Shown here one piece after another: positions 26,701-41,700 of a stretch of 64,000 bases of DNA (position 1 is the first letter of the stretch; each line of letters opens with the position of its first letter). The DNA comes from Ascidiella aspersa (taxonomy: Eukaryota), in the NCBI GenBank assembly GCA_963924565.1, contig OZ004609.1, positions 20,646,001 to 20,710,000 of the forward strand. The letters are read 5' to 3'. The notes below the pieces were generated by a model. It saw only the letters and a list, made by a program, of their open reading frames with translations, made no database searches and was not told the DNA's origin. Made by a program: the position numbers and the translations under genes.

Positions 26701-29700
26701 TACATTTTTTGATCTCTCCGAAAGGAGTTTCTGCATAATTTATACTATAAATTGTAACCCACGATTTTGATTTTATTTTCGTTTTTATGATATTTGAACT
26801 GGTGCCTATAGCTCACGTAAATTGAACTAAACTCAATAGAGGTTTTACGACACGTTTTACGTGTCTGATTGCGTCTAGATATCGATTTGTTTCAAATAGT
26901 TTTGGAAATCCGGTTCGACTCTGCATTTCGTTGAAGAACTCATCTGAATAACCGCTGTTAATGCAAAGTTGTTAGCACTTGTTCTGTGTTTTATGTTGGA
27001 AGTCTTGTTTAATTATTTTTTCAGCAACCAGCAACCTCGCACTTGCGCTGTTGATTTTATCGATCAAGGAAAATTTTTTTGTTCTAAAATAGAGAACGTA
27101 CGTGTAAGAGATGAACCCATTATTAAAATCATTTAGGGAACTAATTCACTGTAAATCCCGCATTGCAAATGATGTTTATCCGTAAGTCGCCGTTTTTCTT
27201 GTCTATGCAGTAAGTTAAGGTTCGTTCACGCAGCAAGCTCACATGCTTGCTTGTATGTTGGTTGCGCATATAGGTACTTTTGGTTTTTATTTGGTATCTG
27301 TGCTGTACATTGATATCGACACAGGACATCGGTCATCAAAATGCCACATGTTGACAGGTAATTTAAACGCGCAATCTTCCAGGTTGGATATGCTGATTGC
27401 CATACTATTTGGACTTTTTTGATTTCGTTAAGGTATTTTAGAATTTTTTATCCGTTAAGGTTAAACTGAAAGTCTTCATATTTCGGTATACAGCACACCT
27501 AACTAGACGAACGCATATAGGCAATTTGGGACTTGTATCCCGTAAAAGGTCTAATTATTTTGATGCAATGTTTACTATAAAACGATCTTGTGTCTGTTAT
27601 GCTAATGATGTCAGTGAAACATATTCGCTATATCCACAATGCCCTTTTGCAAAATTGTGACACTGTTGTTAGGGTAAAAGAATGTCCGTTTCAGTTTGCA
27701 CTAAAATTTTATATGTGATTTAAGTTTCACGTTGGGCGGTTTAAAAGAAAAAATCTTCAAATACAGCGGTCGAGTAATCTGATTAAGAATGCTTTGTATC
27801 ACAATTCAGTGAACGCGCTATCTTTTAACCTCAGTAGTTTGCATATCAGGGTTTAAGTTCCCTTTCTCCTATCCGGGGAAAATATACTTTCGGACTAAAT
27901 TCTTTGAAAGGCTATTTTTTCACGAAACTGTCCACGGCTAGTTATCTTGCTTTGCGTCCAACAAATAAGGAGAATTGTCATGTTGTCACGCAAGTGTGTC
28001 TTCAGGCACTTTTGTTTATCCAAGCTCAACTTACGTCGAATTCGACATTTGACTTTGTCCTATTTCTGTCTGTGTTCATGAAACGTGATTCCCGAGTCCA
28101 AATCCGACGTTTCTCGGATTTCTGTTACCCGTTGGCCGCGACGCTTCACGAGCCATTTAAGAAGCATGATTAATGGCGCACTTACATTCTCAAAATCCGA
28201 ATCTGACAGAATTGCGCTAAAATATGACATTGGCAATATGTCACTTGAAGACTCTGTTGTTTTATTGCATTACTATGGTAAACGGTTTGTTTTATTCTTT
28301 ACAACTAATTTTACAACACATGCAGCTTTTATGAACCCAAGTACAGTATTTAACGACCTTTATAAATGTAGAAGATAAATTATATTAAAATGCACTAGGG
28401 CGTTTACTCTTTCTCGACATACTGAGTAAACTTAATGGCTCCCCTGTGTTGTAACTTACCAAGCAAACTCGATATACTTTACCAAGCAAACTCGAATGTT
28501 AAAAAACCCAAGACAAATGCAGGATCAAAGTTTGTTTATACCTGCTTTCAAAGGTTTATGCTTTCATCTAACACGCCCTTTCAATCTATAATAAAGATGT
28601 CTATACGCAAGTGACTAAAAATGGCGCCTGCGCCAGAGTTGTGAAGATCAAAATAAACACAAGAAAAAAAGCCGAAGTTTGCGTAAGAAACTGGCAACTT
28701 GTGTCGTAGATCCACGCCCGGCACCGCAGCACTTAAGTTTCGGTGATGACAAAGCGCGCCGCTTGTTAGACGTTAAAGGGTCCCAGTTGCGGGAGTGGTT
28801 CAAGGTCAAGCGACACGCCTTAGCGTATAAAAGTGTGGTTAAATATACCACCAGTCACACTCGGTTGGTTGCCGGTGGCAACTCTGTTGTTTCGGGGCTC
28901 GGTTGCTGGCTACTCTGTCCCTGTTGTACTGCGGCGTGGCATTAGGTTATTCGGGTTCATATACCCTTTCCCAAGTGGAATAGTTGGCCGGTGACAGAAT
29001 GCCCTCCTTATTGTTTCCTATTGAAATATTTTTTTAATTATTTACACATTTATAACTTATCTGATTTGTAGATTGTCTGTGGTTGGAAGAATATTTTTTT
29101 TTAAACATGGTTATTTTTGTTTGTGCTCCAATTTTGCGGTTGACTCAGCAAGCTAAAATTATAGGATTTATAGAAGCACTGGATTGGAATTAACTCGTTA
29201 AGTTTAATTTTTTGAAAATCGAATTATTTATATTTTTTTAGTTTGACAAATTCCTTTAAAGACGCGTGGTGCTTATCCCTGTTTCGCAGGATTTTTTAAA
29301 AATTTAAAGTTGTTTGCAAATATAAACCTAATTTAAATTTCATTTAAATGTTTTAAAAGCAGGCAAACTTTTTATTGGTAATAGCAAAGTAATAAGTCCA
29401 TCCTAAGAACAAAAATCGCAACATTCGACGCTGAAGATCAAAATTGAGACCTGAACACTGAGGTTAAAGAAATCCGTGAGCTAAAAATAATAGGCAATCG
29501 AAATAACATAGATTGAGACAGAAGGCGCAGTTGATAACTGACCAGCACTTAAATTTCCGCTTTCTCCGCAAAACGAAAATCGATTTCGGTTTAGATAACA
29601 TTCGATTTTAGTGGTGGCGGCATTCCTCTCGTCGAAAGCAAAATGCCGCGGTGACAACAGCCACTGTAAAAACTGAGTTTTGTTATTATTCTAGACCAGT

Positions 29701-32700
29701 GATTCTCAACCTTTTATGGCTTACGGCACCCCTTAAAAATAATAAATATATTTTTGGCACCCCGACTGGAATTTTTGTTGAGTATTTTATTGAAATGTCA
29801 TTATAAATGGAACATGGAACAAACACAACAAATTAAAACATATAGGAAAATGTCATTTGATATATGGTCTTTAATCGTACACAAATAATTGTATCAAGAA
29901 GCTTACCAATTGAGCAAAAATCCGATTCTTAAAAATGATTAAATACCTATTGGCACCCTTGAGCATTGAAAATAGCACACCAGGACGCCGCGGCACCCCA
30001 GTTAAGAATCACTGTTCTAGACGTTTTAATATAATCGATAATTGGTGTGTTTCTGAGTCAGTTTGTTTATAGTCATGTCTGTTTAAAAAAATAAAATAAT
30101 GCATCACGGTAAAGGAAACTCTGAGTCAATGCATTTAGAGGGGTTAATGTATATCAATGCATTTAGAGGGGTTAATGGCAAAATATCGTTGGAATTTAAA
30201 CGAATGGCGCCAAACAACCCGCACCAAACGAGCGAAGTAAACACAACAAACCAGCAGCGGGATATCCCAAGCTTACGTCATCGAGTCTCTATTGAAGCTG
30301 TATCGGATACCCGGCGAAAGATTACATCTTCGGGTGCGCTGAGGGGCAGCGGGGTCACAAAGGCCCACAAACGCGAAATGCCCATTAGGGAATCGTTTAA
30401 TGCTCCCACGGTGGGTGGGGCTGGTTGTGGAAAGCGCTGATGATGTGGCCACGCTAACAAGTCAACTCGTGCGTGATCGGCTTCATATCAACACGGGATT
30501 CATTTGCGGTTGTGGTCGGCCCGCATATTTTGCCTCTTCCTAAACGACTAAACAAGCGTCACTGTTTTCAAACGCGCCCTATGTATCGGATTCAACAGAC
30601 TGCTATGCGGTAAACCTTCCGGTATAAATTTCCTGTATAGGGTCGTTTGCGGTCGATTTCATTAGGCTTCGCTAGCAAAATGATGCGTGTGCAAGCCGAT
30701 GCACCGACGGTCAGACACTGGCAAACTTGACAATGCCAACGGCAGCGACGCTTCAAACTTCTTGAGTCAGCCAGACGATGACTGTCATCTGTGACGTCAC
30801 AGCCGTGTGTCGTCGTCGGGGCGACGATGGATCGGCGATAAATGCCCGAACTCTGAATGCTGTGAACTCGTGACGCGTCGTCTTCGGCCACCATGGAATA
30901 TGCAAGCAACGTGGGGAAAGGTTGCGCGTGCCAGTCGCAAGAGCGAGCTTGCTGGGCGTTTTAGTCATGGCGATAAGGGCCCGAGAATCATCGGCCTTAT
31001 CGCACCCAGCCTTGTTCTTGCGAATCCTAATGGAATTTTTTCCACTCTTTGTCTTCATGAAAACTGCTCGAGCATTACCATTTGTTGCTGAGTGGTCTTG
31101 TTATGTCGTATTATACCAATCTCGTGTTGACACTAACAGTTTGTAGTGCCAGGACAGTTTGCTAATGGTTATATTGTTATAAATTTAGTAAGGTGATTTA
31201 CCTCTTATTGCTTTTAAAGCGTTAACAGTTTGGAACAATATCTGCTTAGATTGTGTGCTTTTAGCCTGCTGTAAAATGTAATGTCGAAGTAGGTAGAAAT
31301 GTGTCATGTTAAACACAACACATTCCAATTGAAAAGTGTCGTTCTTGCTTTTGGTAATTTGCAATCCACACAAAATGCGTTAACAACAAGCAACCTTTAC
31401 ATTCGTTACAAAGGCTTGCTACCTGATCGAGTTGTATTTTTGTTGTTGAGGCAATTCTATGTATTGTATTGCGGACCTCTGAGAATTTTTATTATGGGAT
31501 ATATAACCTGGTATAAGACAGCTACATCCGCTGCCTTTCTATCACGTCTATCTACCCTTAGTTCGCCAAGAGCCATACATTTTTCGAAGCATAAGGGTGA
31601 TAATAGTTGCACAAAAAACATATAGGTTCATACATAAAATAAAATCAATTATAGATTTAGTTTTTTGAAAGACATTTGTTTATTATTAAGATAATGCTGT
31701 AAATTATGTTTTTGTTCTTACTAAGTTTGGGCGTTTGATGGTTTAGTTGCGTGTATAGGACAACCAGAAGCAGCCAATTAACCAGAGGTGCATTGTCAGC
31801 GTTCGACCCAAGTTAAACATCGTGCTTCAACAGAAACCCAGTTCAGGGATTGCTTGCTGACTTTTAATGACCCATGCAGTGGTTAGCGGGAGTTTCTCGT
31901 ATGTTTGTTTGTTGAAAGTCGTCTTAGTGATTCACCAAGTCCACAAATCCCTTAAATTAGAGTTTGACTAAGATAAATTGACACGAGAATACTCTCTTTA
32001 AAAAATTTAGTTAATTAAAAATTAATTTAGCCTTCCTATTAATTTCATGTTGAAACTGTTTGGATTGCCAGACATTTGGTAGAAGATATCTTCAATTAAT
32101 CGTATATCTCCGTGTTTAGACTCTGGGGCACTTAATATAAAATAAAACGAGATCACTTACTGGTTTAAGTTAGCGGATTTATGGCAAAGTTAAAAATAAG
32201 AGAGAAAGCGGCATTCGATCGAACTTGAAAGTTACACGATCCCTCATTAGCCTTGTGCTACCTTGCAGTCTTGTAACGGTTGACTGCCATATCTAAAAAA
32301 GGAAAAGCTTGTTTTCTTCATATTTCATAGAACGGCACCTACGTCACCTATCAACTTGCGTATTGTTCATAATATTCGTTGTCCAAAGTGGTGATGTCAC
32401 TGTTCTGTTTGGGGTGTAGTAAAGTGGCTACCGACGCGTAGAGAAAAACGATTACACGTGTCGTTGCATTCGCCTGACAGATAGGTTCCCCAGGAAGAGA
32501 TCTTACATTTGTGCAGAAGTAATTCGATCGGCTTTTGCCTGAAGTTGGTTTTACGAACTAATAAGCTTGTACTTGAAAGAATTTACTTCGAAGTAGGTGC
32601 AATGTGTTAAAACAGAAGGAAAAGTAAAGCCCAGATTGTTGTCTATTTGTCTGCACTATTTTCTTTACGCCAAACTCGGTAATGCATACTGTCGTAGAGT

Positions 32701-35700
32701 CTACAGAAGGGAAAGAATTTGAATATGTTTATATTAAACTCCACTTTCGCAAAGAAACCAATTAATACGCAATACGCTACAGTGTTTTGTTGCACTATTC
32801 GGCAACCATCTTTTTTAATGCAGCAGAGTTAGAAAAATGCTCAGTGCATTACGAAAAACCGATAGTATGTTGCAGTTTGCCACTGAAACTGTCGGGATTT
32901 TATTTCAGGAGCAGCGACTGTAAGAATCATATTGCCGTGCAACTTTTCCGAATGCGGTTTGCTCAACAACTGAAGTCACGAAATGTTATCTGGGTCTCCT
33001 TGAGAGTTTTGCTAATTCGGTCAACTGCGCAGTTATTTGACAATGAGCATATTTTTTTATTGCAGAGTTATTGGCGTAATTAAAATGCAAGTTGCAGTGT
33101 AAACTTAAATATAAATACAAAGGCAGCCATACGAATTATTAAAATAATTCTGTTTATGCAAAGTTTTTGTTTATCAAGAATGTTTAGTTTATTGCTATTC
33201 GGGAAAGGAAAGGATGATGCCAGTTTGTTCTATTCGCATACGATTTTGAGGTTTCATATAATTTTCGCGTACTATACCTATATCGGAAAAAAAAACGCTA
33301 TAATTACCCGCGAAAAATACATGGAGCAAACATTTATATTTTTATTTTGTTTTAGGTCTTGTTAAATATTTTGCTTTAGGTTTTTCAACTATACTTACTT
33401 ATAAAATAATTAATGGGTCACCTTTGCCATGTCCCATTATTTAATGAGTATAACTATTTGATACGTGCTGCAGAATATTTTTTTTAATTTTGGACAACTT
33501 TACATTTCGATGACTATACACATCGATTCTAAGAAAGGAGGATTTTTCACGATCACTGAATTGGTTACTAGACTATTTTTTACAGCAAAATAATTTCAGT
33601 AGATGGGAAAAAGCTCAGTTGATTCTAGTTGAAGAAATATATCCTAAAAGACAAACCAAGGCAAAAATAGTGTCAAGTAGCCTAACAATTTTCTTTCTTA
33701 AAATGTGCAATAGTGAATGTTATATGTTTTGAAAGTTCATTTCAGAGAGATTTAGCAGTCGCTCTTTAGTTTATGCAGCAGTGTTTATCAACCTTTTTGA
33801 GCGACAGAACACTTAATGTAATAATAAATTTTGCGGAACACCAAACAAAAGCTTATAAATAATAATGCATTAAAAACAAACAACACAACAATAAGTTAAG
33901 CAATTTATTTTTTTTACTCAGTACGATATATGGGCGTGTTTGAATGAGCACAAAATTAACATTTGACCGTATTGTATTTAAACAGAAACAGGTCCACGCA
34001 ATTAAATTCTATGCGCAACGAGTCTTATTTATTGCATAACGATAAATTGAAAATTCAAACTGGTGATAGTGGAAACTACTTTTCAGAAAATAAAAGCTAT
34101 TTAAGGTGGTGTGTCCCGTGGAACATTTGTAAAATTAATAAATTTCTTGCGGAACACCTGACGATCTTTCACGGAAACACTAGTATTCCGCAAAACACTG
34201 GTTGAAAATCACTGTATTAGAGAAATAACTATAGCTCCTCTTCCGTTGGGGGCAAACAAGCGATGTCCAATAGGCACAGGACGCAAGTCGCAAGCAAAAC
34301 ACGGTCACGATTCGACGCTGGCGAATCGACAACAAAACGCGCTATAGGCGACGCCAATCGGTAAAAGGCAATATGAGCGGAAAGGGAAAATAGATAAACG
34401 CCCGAATTGAGTAACTCGCCCACCCGGTAGTTGCAAACGGTCACGCCCATTACCAGTCGCCATATATTAAATTCCGTCAATTGAAAGGCAATGCTGGTCC
34501 TACTTTGGCCACGGACCGAACCAATAAAGCTGCACAGGTTGTTCCGCCTGAAGATGTTTTATAAAAAAAACATTTTTGCGTACTGACACTGGCATTGAGC
34601 GGTATGCGACAATGGTTAAGGGCAGAGCTCAGCGACAAAGGGGACAAAGCTAGGTAAAACTAACTGCGAGTTTTGCTGGTTTAAAGTTCCTTTCGGCGAT
34701 GTTGTTTGTGACGCTTAGTACACAGTAATTCGACTCAACGTGTAAGGTTCCCGCTATATACAACAGAATTTAGGCCACCTCTATCTTAGTGCAATCTGTG
34801 CATGTGGGTAAATACAAAAAACATCACGTTGGGGCATAGGGCGTTTAGCGGAGAATGTCAAAGCAAAATCCAGAGTTAAAAATAATTAGCGGTCAAATTG
34901 GGAAAACTATAGGAACGGGCGTGACTGCAACAAACACTGATACGCGCGTTTCTGCTGATTTCGGAATGGTAGCAGAAAATCCGTGACAAATTTCGGTGGC
35001 AACAAATTAAATTTGACGGTAGCTGGCAAAACAGATTAGAAAATACAGCGTTCGGTTTAACAACAAAGAGCTTCGCTCTGGGAGGTTGCGTAAACTGCAA
35101 ACCAAGGATTACTGCAACAAACACACTGCCGTCTTTGGTTTGTCGCCACCTCCGTGACTATTCCTTAATTTTATTGTCAGCGCTCTGTATAGCAATTTAG
35201 ATTCGGGTTTTTTTTGCCGCAATAGTTTTATTTTGCGCAAACGAAATCGGGCGTAAATTGCCGTTGATAAATTTAACAACCAAACGCAAAATGAATTTTT
35301 AAGCATAATAATAAGCTAAGACCCCTTGCAAATTTTTTCAATATAAAGTGAAGGGTTCAAAAATTTCGAATATTTGCTTTACTGTTGGTGAAAAACGCGC
35401 TCATTTTACCGCGAAGTTAAGATTTTGACGCTTTCAATGTGTACATTTTAAAAATTGCAACTTTTCGGTAAACTATCATATTTGAAGGTCACCCTCAACT
35501 GACGATGAAACGAACCTGGGGTCAAGGGTTACGGGCGTGGAACTAAAATCGCCCTATCCCGAATCTAAATATAATGGCTGCCTATCACCACTATCGTCAT
35601 TCTCTGGAGTTTTTAATGTAACAAACATACCACCGTTGGGTACGGGTGTTTTTAAAAGTGAGAAAGTGACTGTTTTGTCGCAGGCCACGTTTGTCAACGC

Positions 35701-38700
35701 ACGGTCGACGCCGCAGATGGGATTTTGTTTTTGCCACTTTTTGCCCGTCTAGTGATAATCAATGACTGTCATATCGATAAGGCAGAACCGGCAATTGGCA
35801 AGCGTGACTTGCCTTAATTTTGAGTATTTCGAAAGGCCCTTTTTTTGTTTTGGAAAGACCTATTTTGGGTTTGGTGAAGTAGTAGGTAAGTTGCTACTGT
35901 TTTTCTTCGACGAAGAACAGGAAACTTCTACCATAGCCAGTATCGCGGCCTAGCATGACGCGAAATCTTGTTTTCGTGTGCCACCAGCTTATTAACAGCG
36001 AAAGCACAGATATCTAAGCAGGACGATAAAAATTGTTTTTCTTTCCAAAGATCGCTATAATTGCTTTGCATAGATTTGGTAGATAGCTGAAAAAGAGTAT
36101 TTAGCCGAAGTTCTTTAAGGCAGTAAATCACCTAATTCTACGTTTTATTAAAAAACATATTTTTTGAGTATCGAGGGCAGAGGCGGATAAGGAAATGGTG
36201 TTTGCTTTCAATCTCAGTTCAGATGCAATATTAAGCACCATCAGCAGTCTTTCGTGCATTTCTTATTTTATACCATTGTTTTTCGATTTTGTATCAGGAG
36301 GCACAGGTCAAAAAATATTTTTGCGGTAGCGCAAGTCGTAAAAGTAATTGTAAAAAAACATTACTTCTCAAACGTGTTTAGATCAGCATTTCCGAGTGGC
36401 TTGGACTAGAGTTCATTTCGTTGTTTGTGGAAAACTGCTTTTTGGCGGTGGTTTCTATTCGAAAGGTAAAGAATTGTTGAAGAAGGAATATATTTGTTTT
36501 CTTCAGTAAAGAAATAAAAGTTTTGCACGTAAAAATAAATCGATTTTATTTACAATCGAGACGCTACAATAAAAATATCTATGCTATGCTATGCTATGGC
36601 TATTTATCGACGACAAACGAAGCGCAATTATCAAACGCGAAAAGGCCAGGTGCTACACGTTTAGTAAGCAGATGTACATCTATTGTTGTTTTAAACCAAA
36701 AATCAAATGTTTCGTTCGAATGTATTAAATTGCGGACGTGAAGAGCAAACATAAGCTGCATAAAAAGTGTAAAAATGTTAGTGTGCTGTCAACATTTAGG
36801 TCTAATATAATTTAAATCAGTAGAACACGTTTGTAAATTAGCTTATTAATACAAAAAAGTAAGCATTATAAAAAATATCAACTTTAAGAAAATATAAAAA
36901 ACGACTTTAGATAAAATGTCATGCTTTGTCTTGACGATTTCTGTGACTTTTGTAAGATAAAACATAATAACCTTACCTTATTAACCTACATATATCTAAA
37001 TTGCGGATTTCGTATTTGTGTAAACAACTAAAGAAAAAATATCTAAAAAATAGGGTTGTATACTGTAGATCTATATACGTAGTCGTATACTGAAAGCAAA
37101 CAGTTCTCATTAGAACGAAAACACGTTATAGGCTTTAGTTTTTCAATTTACGATATTACTTTTGCAGCGTTTTAAAGAAAACATGCAAAATTACAGGATT
37201 ATGTTGTATTTTTAAAAACATATTTTGGTTCCGTAAAAAGGTATTATTAATCCTCATAAGCAAAATAAGAGTAGGGTATACGTATCAAGAATATCAGCCT
37301 CACAGACTTACGTCGTTCTGCTGCCGTATAAACGACAGAGCCTCGTTCATTATCATTTGCAAGTTATTAAACGAATACCATCAATTATTCAAGCGGCATT
37401 GTGCGGCACCTTGAAATAAGCACATAATGCGCTGTAGCATGTAAAGCTCACATTCGTCTGATCGCGATGGGACGGCGTCATTTGCGTGACGCGCGCTGCG
37501 CCCCGTTATCGCTTATCTTCAAAACGACGTGATCCAACTGCAGTGCACTGGTATGCGGTTTATGAAATGGGTTCGTTAGTTTTGTTGGTGCGTCGTCAAT
37601 GCGTTTACAAACTTTTTCGTATACTGTTGCCATTTCTAAGTTCATTAGGAAACACCGCCATTTATTTATTTTTTTCATTACGTTTTTTTCTGTGAAACCT
37701 ATTTACATGCAAGGCAAATGTTTTATCGCATTTTGCCCAGTGCATCTAAAATGGCTGGCCATACATGATTTGTTTCAATCTGGGAGAGTTTTGTCTATTT
37801 AAATGCAATGAAGTAAATACATTCAACAAACATATTTGGTAACAGTTTTTCTCCAAACTAAGTTGACCATGCTGGTTTACCCTTTGTTTTACCACTGAAA
37901 ACAAGTGTAACTAACAAGATTTGTTTCCGTTACATTTTCCTGATGCTGTAAAATAATTAAATCACCTTTTTACACAGTTTAAATCTGACCCTATTAACGA
38001 TCGAAATTGCTCTGGTAACGCAATCCAAAGACCCTGAAACGCCAGTTAGCGCTCTGGAATAACGCTGCCTCGAAAAAAGAGGACTTTCCTAAATGGTTCT
38101 GCTGGAATGATGCAGCTCACAGCCGGTACTAGATCAGTCGTCATTCCCAGCCGCGTTCGCCCCGCTTCTCCAGAATCTAGCCGGGCGCACGAGAGCCTTG
38201 TCACTTCTCCTTCATCGAGTCAGCCCCCGCAGCAAACAAGTCTTGTGCATTTCGCCGACGTCGTAGAAAGTGTGACCAAAAATCGCAGGAGTACTGCTGG
38301 GCATCCGTTGTGCTCAAACGGCACCGGCTCGCTTCAAAATGATCCGACCGGCAGCGGCGTCTCGCCGCAGAGCTTCGGACAGGATTACATCCAGCAGCAC
38401 CGGCGACGGTGGAACGGACGCGAGGCCATGACGAGAACTTTCGAGCTTGTAGGGAACGTTGTTAACATTCTACAAGATCGGTTCGCCGAAGAGGTGCGAA
38501 TTGTTTGTACTGCTGCTGCTGCTGTTGCTGTTGCAGCTGGGACTATTTCGCTTGTTTTAATTTTTCTTTTCTTCGTTAGCAGGATCTAGATGCAATTGAC
38601 AACGCCAAATTAAGTGGCTCAAACATTCATAAATGACGTAGTGATGTAGTAAGGACCCAAATTTTTATTTACTCGTCATTTAGGTGGACACTATTTCGTT

Positions 38701-41700
38701 GGCAGTCGCGGACGATCAATTGTTAACTAGTAATTATTATTACATCTGGACGAAAAATGACAACAAATGGAATATGATATAGTTAACACTTTGCAACAAT
38801 ATAAAAATTTGATTGCTAGTTTGCTCAATGATGGCTGAATCTTATTTTCGATTGGAAAACTAAAATGATCCCTTTAAATCCATTCTTGCCATTTAACTTT
38901 TACATAATTTTTTTCTCTTCGCAGACGTACATCGTGGTGAACAAGCAGGGAAGCATCTTTCGTTTCAGCAAGGCCAAGTCGCTTTTCCTATTCGAGCCTA
39001 CCAGCAAAATCCGATCGGCCGCCACAGACCTCTACATTCGCCCAATGTTTGCCCACTTTATTATGTTCGTTATTATATGCAACTGTGCCTGTATGATCCC
39101 GGCTGAGCCTGTCAGTTGGATTGAAGATTATTTAGAGTAAGTATGTTTTAATTTACAATTGTAGTTTTATGACAAACACCGAACCCTTTTATTAGCATTG
39201 TTTTTAAAGTGTTTAGTAGGACGGTAACGGTCTCGAATTTATCCGACGGTGTCTCTAAGTAGCCTATTTCTCTGACTTGAACGGAGTATTAACAGTTAGT
39301 CAAGCGGTTCCAAAAGTGAAGTATGTGGACCCCTTAGGGAGAACATGGACGTTTTAGGGATTCCATAAAGGTATAAATAAAATCTTAGTACATCAATTGA
39401 AAAATTATTTTAATTAAAATACACGACGTGGCGCATTCCCTTCCAATGTATTTACACCACTTTTTTGTTTCACATTTTTTGGACTGAAAACAGCAGTTTT
39501 AAGTGGACTTGTTATATGACCTCAATTTATGACGTCATCTCGAATAATTTTATGCCGACCTGTGGACCAGCCATAGGAACCAAAATGTTTAAATAGGGGC
39601 CCGCGTTAAAAAAGCTTAAGAATCGAGTTAGGCTTTGGAATCGAGTCCTGTAACATTTTAGCTTCTGCGCATGTTTTCTAAAATGCGCTATGCCAATAAT
39701 AATTATTATTTCGTTTTAGCTACTTTTTTTACATACTTAGGTGAAACATTTGCAGGCCCTTAACGGCGGTGAAAAATATATAAAGTTTTGTGTAGGGACA
39801 TTTGGCGCTGAAAACAAGGTCAATTAACAACTCGATATGGCTTAAAAATTGACCGAATATTTTAAAACATTTCATTGTTCTTCTAATTATTATCAGAAAT
39901 GTAAGCTTTGCCCAAAAAAGTTGTTTTTGTATGTTTAGAAAATTTTGGATTTTTCAACCAGCTCTAACAAAACGATTGGATAAGAGTTTAATGTGTGAAT
40001 ACAACTATAACTGCTGTTGAATTTTAAAAGCTAATACGATTAATCAGTGGGTATGAGTGCACAATTTCAAGTGCACAGCAAATCGTGAATGGTTAAAAAA
40101 CGCACAAGTATAGGTTTAAGTTTTCCAAAAGTAAGTATCGGAAAAGATGCCATCGAATTATTTGGCGCTTTCTGTTACAGAGTTTTGGGACTATCCGTTA
40201 CAGAGCCGGTCAACCATATCGTTGTTAGCGTCAGACTGACTGATCTTGTTTTCGCTTGTCTTGCAGATATGTGTTTACGTTCATCTATATTGTGGAAGCG
40301 ATGATCAAGATTATCACCAGGGGCTTTGTCCTGCATCAATTCTCGTATTTGCGCGATCCATGGAATTGGCTCGACTTTACTGTCATCATGTCGGAGTAAG
40401 TCTTACATGGCAAGACGGTTCACTTTATTGCAAAGAATCATTGTTCTTTCGATTAGTTAGGAATGTAAAAACGATAATACGCATATATGGTGTTAAAAAT
40501 CAAATAACTTTTAGTATTACTTTATGTTGTAGCTGGTCTATGAGTTATATTATGTTGTAAGGCATATCTTAAAGTACAAACAAACATTAGAGCCTTAAAA
40601 CAATATATAATGATAGTCTATTGGGCGCAGAATGGATTCACACTATACGATATTTCAGTGTCGTTGATTAAAAGATTTTACATTTAACGAAATAAAGACA
40701 ATATTGTCCTCCAGAAATTTTAACGACGTTTTGCTGCCAAACTGAACTGTAAATATGCGCCGGTATGAATGTCCTCCCCAAATCTTTTTATGGATTTAGC
40801 CTCATCTAGATCTGTCAATGTATATCTGTGGTTTGTGAACTTCGACCGATATTTAACTTTATTCTGCTGACAACTGTTGGTATAGTTCAGAATGCTTCCA
40901 TTTTAGGGTTATATGGATTTTATCTGTCAATAAAGGTCTTATTTATCATAACACTAAAGGTACCGTAGTTCGATACCTTCTAATCTGCTGCGTAAATTTA
41001 GCGGGCGTTTTTAACTGTTCCAAGCGTTCAGGGCACCTAATTTATTCAGTACAAAAGTTCTTTGTCACAAAAACCACAAATTTTTTAGGTGTATATAATA
41101 TAAGCGAGTATAATTACTTAGGAATCGAAGTCATTTTTTTAAAACTATATTATCGTAGGCTTAATTTTTTGTAGGCTATTTTGTTGATTAGGTATTACCC
41201 AAGGAAAATCGATTTTATTTCCAGTTTCACAAAACAAAACCTGGTAATATAGTATATGTTATGGCACATTCTTCGTTTGATAGTAGTGGTGAATTTTTTT
41301 TTTTCAACACTGCCACTTCTTTAAACAGAATCATAACAAGTTCACTGAAGGCGATCCTCTCCAAAAAGGAAGTGGGAGGGGGACAGCAAGTGGCGATATT
41401 GAGGGCGTTTCGCGTCCTACGCGCTTTAAAGACAATGTCCGTCATACCGGGTAAGTTGTACGATTAAAACAGTGTTTTTCCGCGGAACGCTAGTGTTCCG
41501 CATTAATTTTTTTTCATTTGACAAATGTTATGTGGAACACCGATCGAATTGCTGTTTTTATACAAAGTGGTTTAGTAGTTTTTATTTTCTGAAAAGTAAA
41601 TATCCACCATCACCAGATTATTTTTTTTATTGTAATTTGCTTCATTTATTGTAATGTTATAATAAGACTCGTTGCGTAATAATGGCATTTATATTGCTTG

